Source of the DNA: Octopus bimaculoides
Taxonomy: Eukaryota
Assembly: GCF_001194135.2 (NCBI RefSeq)
Contig: NC_068995.1
Span: forward strand, 33,500,170-33,564,169
Direction: 5' to 3'
DNA: 64,000 bases
The notes under the pieces were generated by a model. It was not told the DNA's origin and ran no database searches. It was given only the letters and a program-made list of their open reading frames with translations. The position numbers and the translations under genes were made by a program. Positions 63,500 through 64,000 of the stretch are shown piece by piece. Each line of letters begins with the position of its first letter. Position 1 is the first letter of the stretch.

Positions 63500-63915
63500 A
63501 ATAGAGGAAACATATGGATGGGGTAGACCCAGGAAGACAAAGGACAAAGTGATGAGAAAAGATCTACATTGGAACTCACAGACAGGATGATAGGGGACTG
63601 GTGGTTTGTTGTGCTTGAAAAGACACATCATGCTAAGTAAAAGTGTGGTTGTCCTTGCATACAGGCTCATGCCCTGCAACCCCCTCTAGCTATGCATCCC
63701 TAAACCCGTGGGCTCATAGGTGCTGATGCCATGTAAAAAGCACCCATGCCGGTGCTCTGTAAAATGGTTGGCATTAGGAAGGGTATCCAGCCATAGAAAC
63801 CATGCCAAAACAGACAGGGAGTCTGAACAGCCCTTCAGCTGGTCAGTTCCTGTCAAACCATCCAACTCATGCCAGCATGGAAAATGGATGTTAAATGATG
63901 ATGATGATGACGACG
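63500..63915 (+). mobile_element. RTE LINE 3' end with (GAT)n tail
   Basis: G..GWGRPRKT relic followed by the shared 3' end. Confidence 0.8.
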
Positions 63916-64000
63916 ACAATGATATAAACTGTAATAAATAATTATCTCTGTTCTGGAAACACTGTGATTATTATAATGAACCATCACTATATTTCTATTG

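Overview
AT-rich, repeat-dense animal DNA with (AT)n/(CA)n microsatellites, tRNA-derived SINEs, RTE LINE fragments, Tc1/mariner relics and nine N-gaps (15729-15738, 19169-19790, 22742-23533, 24255-24646, 27080-27427, 35088-35828, 38064-38191, 59876-60601, 62788-62797). The repeat families and a mitochondrial 16S fragment point to a cephalopod, probably Octopus (inference). Two host genes are supported and they lie head-to-head. The first is PLK4 on the minus strand, an uninterrupted reading frame from ATG at 1197 off the left edge (399 codons). The ORF track missed it because it has no stop in the window. The second is HMG-CoA reductase (HMGCR) on the plus strand, with four coding exons at 54046-62585, continuing past the window. 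The ~52 kb between them is probably a very large 5' HMGCR intron filled with mobile elements. Almost all other ORF-track entries are shadow ORFs, transposon relics, or microsatellite/N artefacts. I found no convincing wholly new multi-gene system. The best leads are: an HMGCR that lacks the mammalian YIYF, K89 and S60 determinants of sterol-triggered degradation; an intronless PLK4; a foldback transposon family (GGATC ends, 8-bp TSD) carrying inverted telomere-type repeats; a 16S NUMT; and several long hairpins in the presumed pre-mRNA. All homology calls are from hand translation and recall, with no database searches. Repeat boundaries are approximate unless a TSD or TIR is quoted.
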